Shown here one piece after another: positions 38,401-50,980 of a stretch of 64,000 nt of DNA (the first letter of the stretch is position 1; each line of letters opens with the position of its first letter). The notes below the pieces were generated by a model. It saw only the letters and a list, made by a program, of their open reading frames with translations, ran no database searches and was not told the origin of the DNA. The position numbers were made by a program, and so were the translations under genes. The DNA is from Monocercomonoides exilis PA203 (Eukaryota > Protista > Preaxostyla). The DNA is taken from the NCBI GenBank assembly GCA_001643675.2, contig LSRY02000017.1, positions 124,001-188,000 on the forward strand. Direction: 5' to 3'.

Positions 38401-39038
38401 ATCCAAAATTGTGAGCTTATGCGCAACAGACAATAATGCTGTTATAGGTCCGGATATTTGATTAAATGATAAATCAAGAATCGAAAGAGATTTAAAAGAT
38501 GGAAAAGATGGGAACGAAGTTAACTATCACATTTTCAATGAAATTCAAGCTACATAAAAAAAGCAAAGCAAACGCGATTATGTGCTGCATAAAGTTCTTC
38601 AATTTTTGGAACTCCATCAAGATCAAGTTGAACAATTTCATTTTTATCAATCCACATTCTCCGAAGCTTTGGAAATCCAATTTTTGCACCCTTTTGATCG
38701 CGACTAGCTTCTCTGACAGAAAGCGCTGTTAACTTATTTCCACTATTTCAAAAAATTATTCTTCAGCATTTACAAAAAACAAAAATTAACAACCTAACAT
38801 CAAGTTCCTTTATAATTTCGACAGGAAGCACCAACCCAAGTCCTTCCACAGCACTCAAAAGAAATTTACCGCTTTCTTTTCTTGGACATTCATTGTTAAA
38901 GCAGACATAAACAGGATATTTCTTTAATAAATGTGCACTTTTTTGGGTTAGCTCTTTTAAAGTCTCCAAATCTAATTGGTAAACTGCAGATCCTGTAGGT
39001 TTTATGCAATTATGCTTGTGATTGCTTCTATCACTCAT
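23498..39038 (-). CDS. Giant (~5,000 aa) protein: N-terminal LRRs with LRR-cap, Ser-rich helical middle, C-terminal PH-like domains
   Basis: In-frame GT-AG joins of exons 38287-29828, 29702-25548 and 25390-23498. Upstream small exons encode LDLDGVPKIEELYAAHN, LSILDLSFNQI and LTILDLSNNEF, then LNSLNISSNPF...LEKLNGTKI. The start codon is uncertain and the PH-like calls rest on pattern only. Confidence 0.75.
36204..36284. repeat. (GAA)n(GAT)n microsatellite encoding poly-Ser on the minus strand (one of many in this gene)
   Basis: Directly visible trinucleotide run. Confidence 0.9.
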
Positions 39039-39575
39039 ATGTTTGGATATTGCAATAAAAGAAAATTGATCTACATTACCATTTTTTAATGATGAAAGTC
39101 ATGTTCAGAAATATTTCCGCTCCAAAAAATAGCATATACTCATTTAAACGAAAACAAATAACACCATTCTGTATTGTGTATTCGTCATTGTTGTTAATTG
39201 AATGACAAAATGTTGAACTATCTTTCAACAGTTCGGACTTTAATCTTTCATTTAAATGCAAATTTTCTTTTGATATTTACCAATACTTAAGTTTGCAAAA
39301 TTATTTTTAAGGAATCAAAATTAGAAATAAATTTTAAAGATTTAAGAGGTGTTTATCAAATTGATAAATTGATCATAATGATGTGAGATGTAAAAATATT
39401 AATCAGTAAAATTGTATATTTATATATTGCTCAAAGAAAATACAGATTTAACGAGAGAATAAATGAATCAAACACATAAATAAAAAAATAAAAAAATATA
39501 CACTTCTTATTAACTTGCGATGTGACAAGTATAAAAAAACACTAAAGACTGAAAAATACAAAACGAAATAATTTT

Positions 39576-40241
39576 TTAAATTGACCCAAGATCTCCTTGG
39601 AACGTTGGAACAACAGTTCCTTCTTCTCTTTCTTTAAGTTCATGTGCATCTAACAAAAAAAAAATATTTATAAAATTGCTAAACAATAAAAAAGCCAAAG
39701 CAAACCCTGCCAAATTAAACACGGCGAACAAAACAGGCCTAAAAGTATGGCTTGTACCATTGTCCACGGTAGGCTATTTGATTCTGCAATTTCTTTGTGA
39801 GTAACATATTCGCAACAAAACACGCAAAACATCGAGGTGAAACAAATGTCAGGAGTGATTGATGGTTTTTTGTGGAAACGCTTTCTGTTTTCCATTAATT
39901 GATAGCAAGGGAATAGGCAACCAAGAACTTAAAGAAAATAAAATAATTCAAAGAATAATAATCAAATATTTGTTTTTAACAGAAGTTCGCAAAGCATTTC
40001 AAAATAATAACATTAAAATTTAAGTTGTCATAAATAAAAACAAAATACTTGAAATGGACTTGCAATTTGTTCCGAGAGCAAATGCAGTTGAATGCCAATA
40101 CTTTGCTGGTGGTTCAGCATTTCTTGAACTTGCAACAGCTTGACTATTAGATTAAAACACAAACACAAGGAAATAACGCATATATAGCTAATTGAAACAG
40201 GAATAAGCAAACTTTGGATCATCCGAAATATCAAGAGACAT
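39576..40241 (-). CDS. PLAC8/cornifelin-family Cys-rich protein, 4 exons
   Basis: Spliced: MSLDISDDP...KYWHSTAFALGTNCKSIS-LGCLFPCYQLMENRKR...FCVFCCEYVTHKEIAE...GLFCSPCLIWQDAHELKER, which matches the PLAC8 pattern. Confidence 0.82.
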
Positions 40242-40414
40242 ATGTGTTGATCGAACACAAAAATAAAAGATATTGTATAAGGTTTTATTGATCAATGATC
40301 ATGACAATTTCTTTTTCAAAATATTCATGAAATAGAAATATTCGTACACGTACCAATAACATCATTTGGCAATTCATCATGAACATAAAAATAAATACCC
40401 TTTATTTATATTGA

Positions 40415-41412
40415 ATGACCAACAGAGAACAAACAAAACCCGTTTACGCGTATAAATTAGTGATTCTTGGGGAAACAAGAGGTTTGAGTCTGCTACCTTA
40501 AATAGAAGAAGCACCATTTTTACAAATATATTGCAAATTCGTTCACTTTGCACGAAGTTGGTAAAACTAGTATTATACTTCGTTTTCTGAAAAATCAATT
40601 TAATGAACTTCTTGGTATGCTTTAAAATAGTCATAATTTATGTAGATAAAATAATTGTTATATTATTTATTAATAGGGTCTTCAATTGGAGGTATGCAGG
40701 CCCTTATCTATTTATCAACTTTTAACTAATGATAATTATGGTGAAACTTATCATACGCAAAGCTGTTTTCTTTACACATAATATGGAATTTGATGATTGC
40801 ATTGTGAAACTTGATATATGGGTAAATTATTTTTTTTTTAAATTTTTAATAATAAATTTTCTCATTTTCAAGGATACGGCGGGACAGGAACGTTATGAAT
40901 CATTAGCCCCAATATATTACAGAGATGCAGACACAGCTATTGTTGTTTATGATATTACTTCTCCTGTTTGCTTTTTTGTTCTGAAATATTAAAATTATCA
41001 AATTGTTTTAAAAATAAGTCATCATTTCGTCGAGCTCAAGAGTGGGTTAAAGAACTTGAAAGCAGTGACCCTCCTTCTGTTATTGCGTTTATTGGTAATA
41101 AATGTGATTGTGATGGGCGTGCTGTTTCAGCTGAAGAAGGATATGAATTTGCACAAGAGCACGATTGCTTGTTTATGGAAACATCCGCAAAGCATGGTAT
41201 TCATATCAAAGAACTGTTTGAAACTATAGGTATACTGAGTATTTTATATTGTTTATGAGTGTTTTTACTTTGACATTCTTCAATTTTGATGAAATTAATT
41301 CCACGTTAATTATTTAAAAGCTCGAGAATTACCCAAAGACATAGAGCCGGATGTTGATGTTAACGCAGTTGACATCGAAAAAGAAAAACCATCGGGAGGC
41401 TGCCCTTGTTAA
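40415..41412 (+). CDS. Rab5-family GTPase, 7 exons including a 15-nt micro-exon
   Basis: [58 protein letters not shown]-terminal CPC*. Confidence 0.9.
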
Positions 41413-41973
41413 GTTGTAATACTTTCTCAACTCAACTTCTTGCTATTTATTTCCCATTTATACATTTCTTTCTTTCTATTGTACTTAAAAACTTCATTTT
41501 TTAAGTTAAGACAATTTTTTAAACTTTATGTTTTGATTTGTGTACTTTTTAAGCTCATACAGGCTTCATATTTCATAAACCACATATTTATCACTTTTTT
41601 GTTATTAACTTTGAGTTGCTTTTATACTGAGGTTTGTACCTTCAAAACCACTTCATTGTTCTTTTAGTTTCGCTGTCTCATAAACTTTTTTGTGCTTTTC
41701 TTTTTGATGAAAGAATGCATTAATCACCAAAATAATTATTATCAAATTTTATCCTTGGAAAACTTGCCCAAAATTGATATTTCAATAGAATTGAAAATGA
41801 AAATGGGTATATTCAAGATTAAAATGAAATGAACAGTTTGTTACAAATAATACTAATTTATTTTTTGTATTTCAATCAAAAAATCAATGTGGAAATGTTT
41901 AGAACAATGGTTATGATCTAGTTAAAAATTCCGTGTTTCGCCAACAAGAACATCGTTCAGGACAAAATCAACC

Positions 41974-42641
41974 ATGGTTCAACGTTTAACACTTCGCCGC
42001 AGGAATCCATACCACACACAAAGAAATCGTGTCATTTCGTATGTTTTGGTGATTATTTGAACCTATTTTCTTTGTTTTAATTTTTACAGAGTTAAAACCC
42101 CTGGTGGAAAGCTTGTTTACCACTATATTGGCAAAAGAAGCCAAGGACCAAAATGTGGTGATTGCCATGCAGATATTCAGGGAGTATAAAATTTTTGTTT
42201 TTCATTTGACGATTTGTGAATGTAATTTCATTTTTCTTCAATGATCAGGTTCCATGCTTGGTTCGTCGCCAAATGGCCCAACTCTCTCGTCCAAAGAAGC
42301 ATGTCAGTCGTGCATATGGCGGGAGCAGATGCGCAAAATGCGTTAGAAATCGCATCATCCGTGCTTTCTTGACCGAGGAACAAAAGATCGTCAAGAGACT
42401 TCGCAAAGCTCAAGAACCAAAACTTCTCCGCAGACAAAAACTTATTGAAAAGCAAAAAGCTGCACAAGCTGCTGCTGCTCGTGAACGTGCAAAGAAATTG
42501 GCTGAGGAAAGAGAAGCCAAGAAGAGAGAGAAAAAGAGAGATCAACGTAGAGAAGGAGGGCGTCGTGTCGGCGACCGTTCAGATAAAAGACCGAGAAGAT
42601 CAGAAATGAGAGCTGACCGCACCACAACTCAACGCAAGTAA
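41974..42641 (+). CDS. RPL34: 60S ribosomal protein eL34 with long basic C-terminal extension, 3 exons
   Basis: [60 protein letters not shown]. Confidence 0.96.
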
Positions 42642-42856
42642 ATTTATTGTTTAAATTATCTTGGAAGGTTGATTTTTCTCGAATCATGTCGCAATCACTG
42701 AACAAGAACTGAATTTGATTTTTCAAGCTTATTTTAAATATTTTTTAAAGGGCAAATTGTTTTTTGACATTTGCTTTCTATGCGAAATTCTTTTTATACA
42801 TTGGTTTTATAAAGACTTTTAATTTGGTAATAATAACGAAACGATGAAATGAAAAA

Positions 42857-45800
42857 TTAGACCACAAAAGAGCTTAATTCCTTTTGCCTATCTTCTTCAA
42901 GTGTTTGCCATTGCTCCATCAGCCATGCCTGTGGAAGATGCTTCCTTGTAATTTTCAAAATATTGATATATTTTGGGTTTGCCTCATCTGAAACACTTGT
43001 AGTCTCCACGATTGCGACTGCAATTTTAAAAAGATGAATCAAAACTGTGCCTTCTTTTGTTGAAGGATCAACAACTGTCACTTGGGCTCCATCAAGCGGT
43101 TCAGAGAGAATGGCTCGAACATGAGCAGCCACTGCTGAATCTCCCAGGCCCATAACTGCCTCGTCATTTGACTCAATCCACGTTGAGAGTGTATCATGGC
43201 AACCACGTGCTTCAATTTCATCTGTTTCACGAGGCAAGCACTGCACAAAGAACACCTTCAGTGCTTTGTATTGTGCTTCTCCTCCAGGCAGCGCAAGCGC
43301 CTGGTGCAGCATAATCGACCGCAGCGCACCAACCGCATTATCTTTGGCAATGTTAAGGAGCATGTCTTCAATCTCCTCCTCTTCAAACTTCATCATGGAT
43401 TCGATGTTCTTGATAGCCTGGCCCACATACGGCTCAAACAGCTTGCCGCCGATGCGCGCACAGGTCGAAATCATCGAGAACGAGTTCTGCATTGACGTGG
43501 TCTCCAAGTGGACGAGCGGGCACGTGCAGTCCGAGAGCATCAGGGCAAGCTCAGCATACACAGGGATCCTCTCCAGCATCGGCTCACCTCCGTATGAAAG
43601 AGCATCCTCCAGAACAAACAGTGCCCCTCCGCGGTCAGCTTCTTCAGAACAAGGCGAGTCCGCCAGCATTTGCGCAGCCTCGGGTGAAGTGGAAGCTGCT
43701 TCTGGAAGCGAAACGCCTGCGAATGCAGAAGGCTGAGGGCATTTGGCAATCCGGATGAACAGATCTTCGATTGTCCGATATTGCGGGACGAATGTAGCAC
43801 CGTAGATCTTCATGAGAAGTGAAATGATCATGCAGAGATCTCCGATGATGTTGTCAGAACTGTCTGCTTCTTCGGCTGCATCGTTCTCCTCAGCCCCAGC
43901 GATGACTTCCTTGTCGCCTTCTCGAATTAACCGCTGCAGCTCCCACTTCTCCTTCCTTGATTTCACCAGAGCAGCACTCACAAACTGCACAATGGCCTGG
44001 AAGTTCGGCATCCCCACAGACGGAGGGAGTGACACGAAAGACGACTTCCCAAAGGGAAAGTGCGCTGACGCGAAAGCTGGAGATGCTGGATTCAGAATTG
44101 GTCCAATGGCTTCCAATGAAGTCTTCATTGTACTCACCATTTCTTGTCTCTCGTCGCTTTCTGCGTCTTCTTCGTCCATGTAGATAGCAGCCAGAATGGG
44201 AAAGACAAGAGTGAGCATCTGCACAGGATGCCAGCCTTCTGGAGGCTGAGGCACAGGCGGAAGAGGAGGCAGCGCAAACTGTGCGGATGAAGGAGGAGCA
44301 GGAAATGTCGAACGGCGGATGATCTCAAGTGTCACTGGGTCGTTGTCATCATCGTCCTCTGACTTGAATGATGGGTGAAACGGAGAAGCAGCAGTGACTG
44401 GAGAGAGGCAAGCAATGCATGCTGCAATAAGCTCAGCTCCAGCTTGTGTAGGAGAGAGTGCATTGTCGTCGTTGTATTCTCTCAGAATTTCCACAGCTGC
44501 TTCAAAGCACATTGGAACATACTGCGAAAAATATGGTCCCAGTCCTTGTGCATATGATATCAGATACAGCACAGCTGTCTGTCTGTTGTGACATGCATTC
44601 TCCTCTGTTGTCACAAACACTCCTGGCTCAATCTCTTTGGTGATGTATCCTGTGTCATTCATCAGCCTGTCCACACTTCCAGCATCTCCTTGGAAATGAT
44701 GTGCATCTTGTGCTGTGAATGTAGTAAAAGTTACCTTTTTTCTGGCCTGTTGCACAAGCGGAGGTATCACAAATGGCAGCATTGGAACAAACCGCGCTTG
44801 GAGCAGCTCTGCTATTCGTGTCCACGCTTCTGTGACAGACGCATCTCGCGCATCGTCGTCGGTGTTGTGGGCAGGCTTCACACGATCAGTTGAGAGAGAG
44901 TCTGGTGAAGCAGATGAAGGGGTGCTGCTGGATGATGCGCCAGGCACTGTGTACTTCAACGGAGTGGGGTGTGAAATGTCTGTGCAGATGGAAGACATAG
45001 AAGGTGTGTGGATGTTCTTTTCGCTGCTCTCTTCTGGATGCAGCCTTCGGAAGATCCGCAGCACAGCATCAGTAAAAGGCACAATGTACATCGCACTCTC
45101 CTTCTGTCCAACAGCCTGCAGCAGCGCCGCCATGCACAGCATGCAGTTCCCTTGGAACTCCTTTTCGTCTTCGGTGTATACCTCGTCTGCCGACAGCGCC
45201 TGCATCAGCATCGGAGCCAAGCGAGCACAATAGCTGCCCCTCATCCCTCCTCTCACGCAGTCACACAAAATCGTCATCGCATTTATCGCCATGTTGCGCA
45301 GTTCGAAGTGCGGGTTGGCGGCAAACAGCAGCAGCGTCTGCACAATAGGATCAACCAACACCACCAGTTTCTCTCTTTCTGTATACTCCAGAAATGTCTT
45401 CAACGACGACAGTGCCAAAAAGCGTGGTGTTGTCATCCCGTTCAAACGGAGCGAAAGCAGAGAAAGCAGAAGCGCCTGCCCCATCTCGAGGGCAAACGTG
45501 GACTTGCCAGTGATTGCCTGCTGAACAGACTCGCAGAGCGCACCAATCAGCTGGCAGCCGCATGCAACAATACGCGGGTTATCATCCCTCAGCTCGCCAA
45601 GCACCTGACCGTCGGGTGAAGTGGAACTTGACGCAGAACTAGCTCCTGGAGCACCCGAAGTGCCAGTCGCTGATGCAGCCAACAGACGGGAAATGTAAGG
45701 CCCAAATGAAATGGGTGTGGCGAGTGACATAGCGCCAGGCGTGCCAGGGATGCCAGTGATTGTGAAGAGCGCCATGTTCAGCACCTGCCTTGCCATGCTC

Positions 45801-47681
45801 TTTTGGGTAAGCTGTTTGACTGAGCTTTCGATGAGAGATGCTGTCAGCTGCAGCGCCACGAAGCGATATCGCCAGTCGGGTGACATTGCCAGCTGCTGCA
45901 GAAGAGGAAGAAACACCTCAGTCGAGTAGCGCCCTCCGAACTTCTGCGACACACGATACATCGCTGATATGCAGACTTCACCTGTTTGCTCTGGATCTTC
46001 GTCCTTTTAAAATACAAAAAAGAAAGAAAGATAGATATATAGAAGAAGCGAGAAGGATGAAAGAAAAAATAAAGAGTTGGTTTTTTTAATGAACAATTTC
46101 ATTCAATTAAAATTCAAAAAAAAAAAAAAAAAAAAAAAAAAGATATCTATTTCTTACATAACTTTTATTAAAATTCATCTTTTTTATCCTCAACAATTAC
46201 GTTTTTGACCAAAAAAAATACCTCGTCATCATTGATCCAATCATCAGATGTTCTAAACGTCACAAAAATGTCAACCAAAAGCTTCAAAAAAGTAGGTCCA
46301 AAATCGCCTGTTTTCCCTTTCGATTTCATCAGCGTCTTCTTCAAGTGAATGCACAGCCTGACAATCAGCTCCATTGAGATGTTGCGCAATGAGAGCAGAG
46401 ATTGCCGGGTGGACTCCGAAAGCCCCGTCAGTGGCGAAACAGGGGCAGACTGGCCAGCTGCAGCTGCGGCTGGAGGGATGACAGCAGCTGGCTGAGAAGC
46501 AGACTGGGGGACAGCATCCATGGCAGTCTTGTTGCTGGTCTCGCAGATGTGCTTGAGTCCAGCCAGATACGCCTGCAGCTCGTCCTCGAAGATGTTCGGG
46601 CGCTGCTCCACAATTGTGATGGTGCTCTCAATGATGGCTATCGTGTCTTCATACTGCCCGGCACTTAATGTCGTGCCAATAAGCTTCAGGTTGCATACAG
46701 AATTGATAGGAGAAATGAATGTAAAAATGAATGAGGGCAATAAATTTTATACGGGTGCAAAAAGTTAAGTAGAACAAACATTGAGAATTTGCTTAGCAAC
46801 AGGTTTAAAATGTTGAATTTGAGCTTTCTTCAGCTGCGTCGTTTTTGCCATTGTAGATGCTGCTGCAACGGCAAGAAGTCGTATCTAGACGTTGATTGAA
46901 TTTGAAGGAATAATAAAAAGATGCATTCAGGGCACAACATCGACATGAACCACACCTTCGTGCTCTCTGTATCTGACAAAGCAGACAAAATGATAGATGA
47001 CAATATTGAGCTATAACGTTCAAATCGCTTAGGATCTGCTTCAACTACTTCCGTAAAGATAAGCATTGACGCTTCTCTCACATGTGCTTTTTCATTCTTT
47101 GTCCAATTAAAAAGTGATTGAAGAAATGTTGGCCAGAGATCTCCTGAAACAGAAAAAAAATGTTTTAAAAAATTAACAAATAAATAATAAATAACGAATA
47201 AACTTCAATTCAATAAAAATACTGAAAAATAAAATCAAACCAAGTTCAAAGCAAGTAGCTCCAAGTATTCCAATGCAATGTGCAAGGCCATTATTTACTG
47301 TCTCAGAATTATTTCCTTCCAGAAGTTGGTGTGTTAATCCGTTAATAATAAATTCAAGCGTATCTTTTGAAATTTCGGATAATATAGATTTTGTTTTCCC
47401 TGATTGTTGAATTTTTAATCTAAGATGAGTAAGTGCCGTAAATTTTGCCTGCATAAACAGCGAATAAATAGAATAAAAAATAGCGCGATAAAAAGCATTT
47501 TGTAATAAATTAAAACCAGATCATCTTGTGAACTATTTACTAGCGCTACGCTTGATCGAACGTACCCGTTCGGATCTCCTGTGGAATAGTTCTGAATAAA
47601 TGTTTCAGCTTCTTTTCTAATATCATTCTGCGGAGAGTTGACATTGAGGATGTAAGTTGCAAATTGGGTTTCTGTTATCAT
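42857..47681 (-). CDS. IPO5: Importin-5 / karyopherin beta-3 (Pse1/Kap121-like), multi-exon
   Basis: N-terminal NSPQNDIRKEAE, HEAT repeats, SPDWRYRFVAL, DDNPRIV, IAKDNAVGAL, LPRETDEIEARGCHDTL. Confidence 0.82.
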
Positions 47682-47820
47682 TTATATTTGATTATTCTCC
47701 TGATTAATGTATCAGACAATTTGAAGCAATGATAAACAGGATTTTTTGAGAATATATTTTTATAATATATATGATCTTAATGAAAATCTGATATTATAAA
47801 AAGTGAAAAACTAATTTCAG
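47682..47820. promoter_or_regulatory. Probable 139-bp bidirectional promoter between IPO5 and NSE1
   Basis: Head-to-head ATGs at 47681 (-) and 47821 (+). Inferred from position only. Confidence 0.45.
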
Positions 47821-49087
47821 ATGGATAAAATATTATTTCAGTTATTTTTACGTAATGGACCTGTACTCACTGAGCAATATCTATTAGGTTTGTTTTGAAG
47901 CTTTTTACGTTTGAAATATCGTATTTTACAATTTTTTGAAAGATACAATGAAAATCACTCCTGGTGAAATTGATTCTTGTATTGTTCGTTTGAATCAAAC
48001 TTTAAGTTGCTTGTCACTACGTATAACAAGCATCGTTTTTTGTGGCGAAACAATTTACTCGATTATTAACATTAAAGATGATGCAGCTTCCAAAATTGGA
48101 ACACATTATTCTCCAGATGATATATCATTTTTTAAAACCATTGTGTGTTATTTCAAACAGTGTTTTTAGCAATTTATTAAATTTTAAATTTTTTGTGATT
48201 GATGATTACAGATTAATGCATTGCTTCTTGATGGTGAGATAAAAAGAAAAGAACTTATAAATCAGTGTACGATAAAATCTGGTTATAATGCGGAACGAAC
48301 TCTTCAAGAATTGGTATTTTTTCATTTATTTTTTAACTTTTTGTTATTATTCATTTTTCATCTCCACATATTATTATTTTAGATTTTTGATGAATGGTTG
48401 TACGATGACAATGGTAAAGTGTCGTTTGGAGCACGTTCATATCTTGAGCTTGAGTCAAATTTATTATCAATAAGTGACAACATCGGAGGCCTGGCATTTA
48501 TGTGTTCTCTTTGTTCTGCTGTTCATGTTGGATGTTCTTTCAAGGACAACGGAGTTAAATGTGCTCATTGTGAAACAAAAATGCACGATAAATGTAAAAT
48601 AGAGTATGAAAAGAAATTTGATCGTTGCCCTGTATGTCGAAGGCCTGCTCAATGGATACCATTAATTCGAAAGAAAGATCGAGCAAAGCAAGACGAGGGG
48701 AGGGCTGATGGAGAGTCTTCAGAGGAAGATAAATATCACAAGCAAGCTCTTCGCGAAGAATTTCAGAGAAAACGAGTTGAAAGTGGATTAGACGAGCTGG
48801 ATGATGAAGAATTAGATTCGATGATTGAAGCTCAAGAACGCACAAAAAAATTATCTTGCACAAGTTCAACATCAATAAGCGAACCATCTTCATCAAAATC
48901 AATTCATCAAAAAATAAGGAAAAATAGGAAAAATATCGCTCATTCGTCGTTTCAGAGGGAAACCGAAGATACAAGTGAAAGTTATGGAGATGGTTCCGAA
49001 GAAATTGAATCAGATTATAATTCTGAAGAAATTGCAAAAGATCTTGACACAGACGAAATAGAATCTGCAAGCTCGTCGAATGTTTAA
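47821..49087 (+). CDS. NSMCE1: NSE1 (SMC5/6 complex RING-like subunit), 4 exons, acidic C-terminal extension
   Basis: IINIKDDAASKIGTHYSPDDISFFKTI, AERTLQE, EWL...SFGARSYLEL, RING-like CSLC...CAHC..KMHDKC...CPVC...W. Confidence 0.87.
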
Positions 49088-49202
49088 TTTTAATTTTTCT
49101 CATTTTTTTTTATTTTAATTTTTTTTAAAAAAAAACACAAAAAATAATTCAAAGTGAGTATTTTAATTATAAAAAAATGAAATTATGATTTTTTGAATTC
49201 AA

Positions 49203-49233
49203 AAATAAATAAATAAATAAATAAATAAATAAA
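49203..49233. repeat. (AAAT)n microsatellite
   Basis: Directly visible tetranucleotide run. Confidence 0.85.
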
Positions 49234-49693
49234 CACTTTCTAATGAGAACAAAATTCACCGACGGACTTGACAATTAAAAAAACGATATGCTTCTTAAGT
49301 TTAATTTGTTAGTGTGCAGATAATGACCGGTGAAAAAAATTCATTTTATATTTTTATTTATTATCACTATTTCTAATGAATACAATTATGATATTTCGAA
49401 AGTGGTTTTCGAATTACAGTGATTCACAACTGAGAAAACCTCTGTTAAAAATCCAACAAGAATTTTAATTTAGAAAACTTCCTCACTTTAAATAAAATGC
49501 CGGCAAGATGGGATTATATCGAAGTGAAAATTTTTCATTTTAAATGTTATCAAACTATTTGAAAACATATGTTATTACATTATTTTCATGTTCAACGAAT
49601 AAAAAATTGATGATTTGGAAAAAAAAAAAGAAAAATAAAAATTTAAATAAATAATTCATTTTTGGGTCATGATTAAAATGAATTAAAAATCAA

Positions 49694-50766
49694 TTAATCG
49701 TCGCTCCAATTTGATGCATTAGCACCATCAGAAATCTCATCACTTGAAGAATTGTCATCTTCTGGAACAGAAATATCATCTATATCATCTATATCAGGAA
49801 CATCATTTTCGATTTCTTCTCTTCTTCAATAATATCTCTCCCATTTTATCTTCCATGGACTATATATCTCACAATATCCATAAAAGAAACTTTCACCGGT
49901 TTTTTCACCATCCAAAAAGAAAGGTAGTCTCCAATATATTTCTCTCTTATGCCATGTCTTGGAAAAAAAGATCTCAGATGTGACCACATTCCTTCCACTG
50001 TATTTGTGCATGCCTGTGTAATTGGATCCACAAAATTTTTTGAATGATTCATTGTTTGATGGATGTAGCTATGATCCTTCAAGCTGCTGTACGCACGCCA
50101 TTCATCGCTCATTATTGTGGTTCCTGGATGGATATGAGATTTTATTAGTGGAACAAGTGTTTCGGAACTTCTGTTAGGAACAATAAAAACAAATCTTCTT
50201 TTTGTAATTTTCTTATCTTCATTTCTTTCAATTCCCCCAAATATCCATATCTGCATTTTTCTTCTGCCTCTCTTATACTTTCTTCTTCTCCAAATACATT
50301 CGTCGATTTCAACTGTTTTTCCTACACCACCAATCATGATAGGGTTTCGATTAATGATATTCATGCACTCAACACGTAAAACACTACTCCAATATCCCAC
50401 AATTTTTGGATCAACTTCTATAATAGAGCTTATTTGAGTTTGCATTAGCCCTTGCCATAGTAATAAAACAATTAATAAGAATTTGCCTAGGCCAATTTTG
50501 TTGCTTTCTAATCTTGTATTTTTGAAAATTGTCAGTTTTTTGTTTCATTTGAAGCACATCCAAAATCTGTAAGTTCATTTTTCATTCAATAAAGCCAAAC
50601 TCTTATGGTGAATAGAACACTCAGGATGTTTGTCTTGTAAAACAAATCGATAAAACCACTCCCAAGCCTTTTCTTCATCAGTGAATGTTTTCAAAAGTTC
50701 AAAATTATGTTCCTTTTCATCTTCGGGATACGCCATTTTCACTGAAAAATTTTTGATCAAACCCAT
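49694..50766 (-). mobile_element. Merlin (ISXO2/IS1595-like) DDE transposase pseudogene
   Basis: IGGVGKTVEIDE, RKYKRGR, WIFGGIER, VPNRSSETL, GTTIMSDEWRAY, HQTMNHSKNFVDP, TNTVEGMWS. In-frame TGAs at 50575 and 50545. Stop and frameshift precede the acidic tail. TIRs not identified. Confidence 0.9.
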
Positions 50767-50980
50767 ATAACGCTTGTTTCACCCAAAATTATATTTTTTC
50801 ATAAAAAATATGCTTGTCATATTCTAGCATTTTTAATAACATAAAGATTGTTAGAATACACAAATAAATATGTTGCAATAGAAAAATTAAAGTTTTGAGA
50901 ACTTCGATATAATACCATTATGCCAAATACCCTTATCAGTTGTTTAAATTTTATGTTTTCGATTTTCAAAACTAATATGT

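Noticed and set aside
50545-50547. TGA at a Cys position as selenocysteine
   Set aside because: It lies in a transposase with other lesions, no SECIS was recognised, and a single TGY to TGA change explains it.
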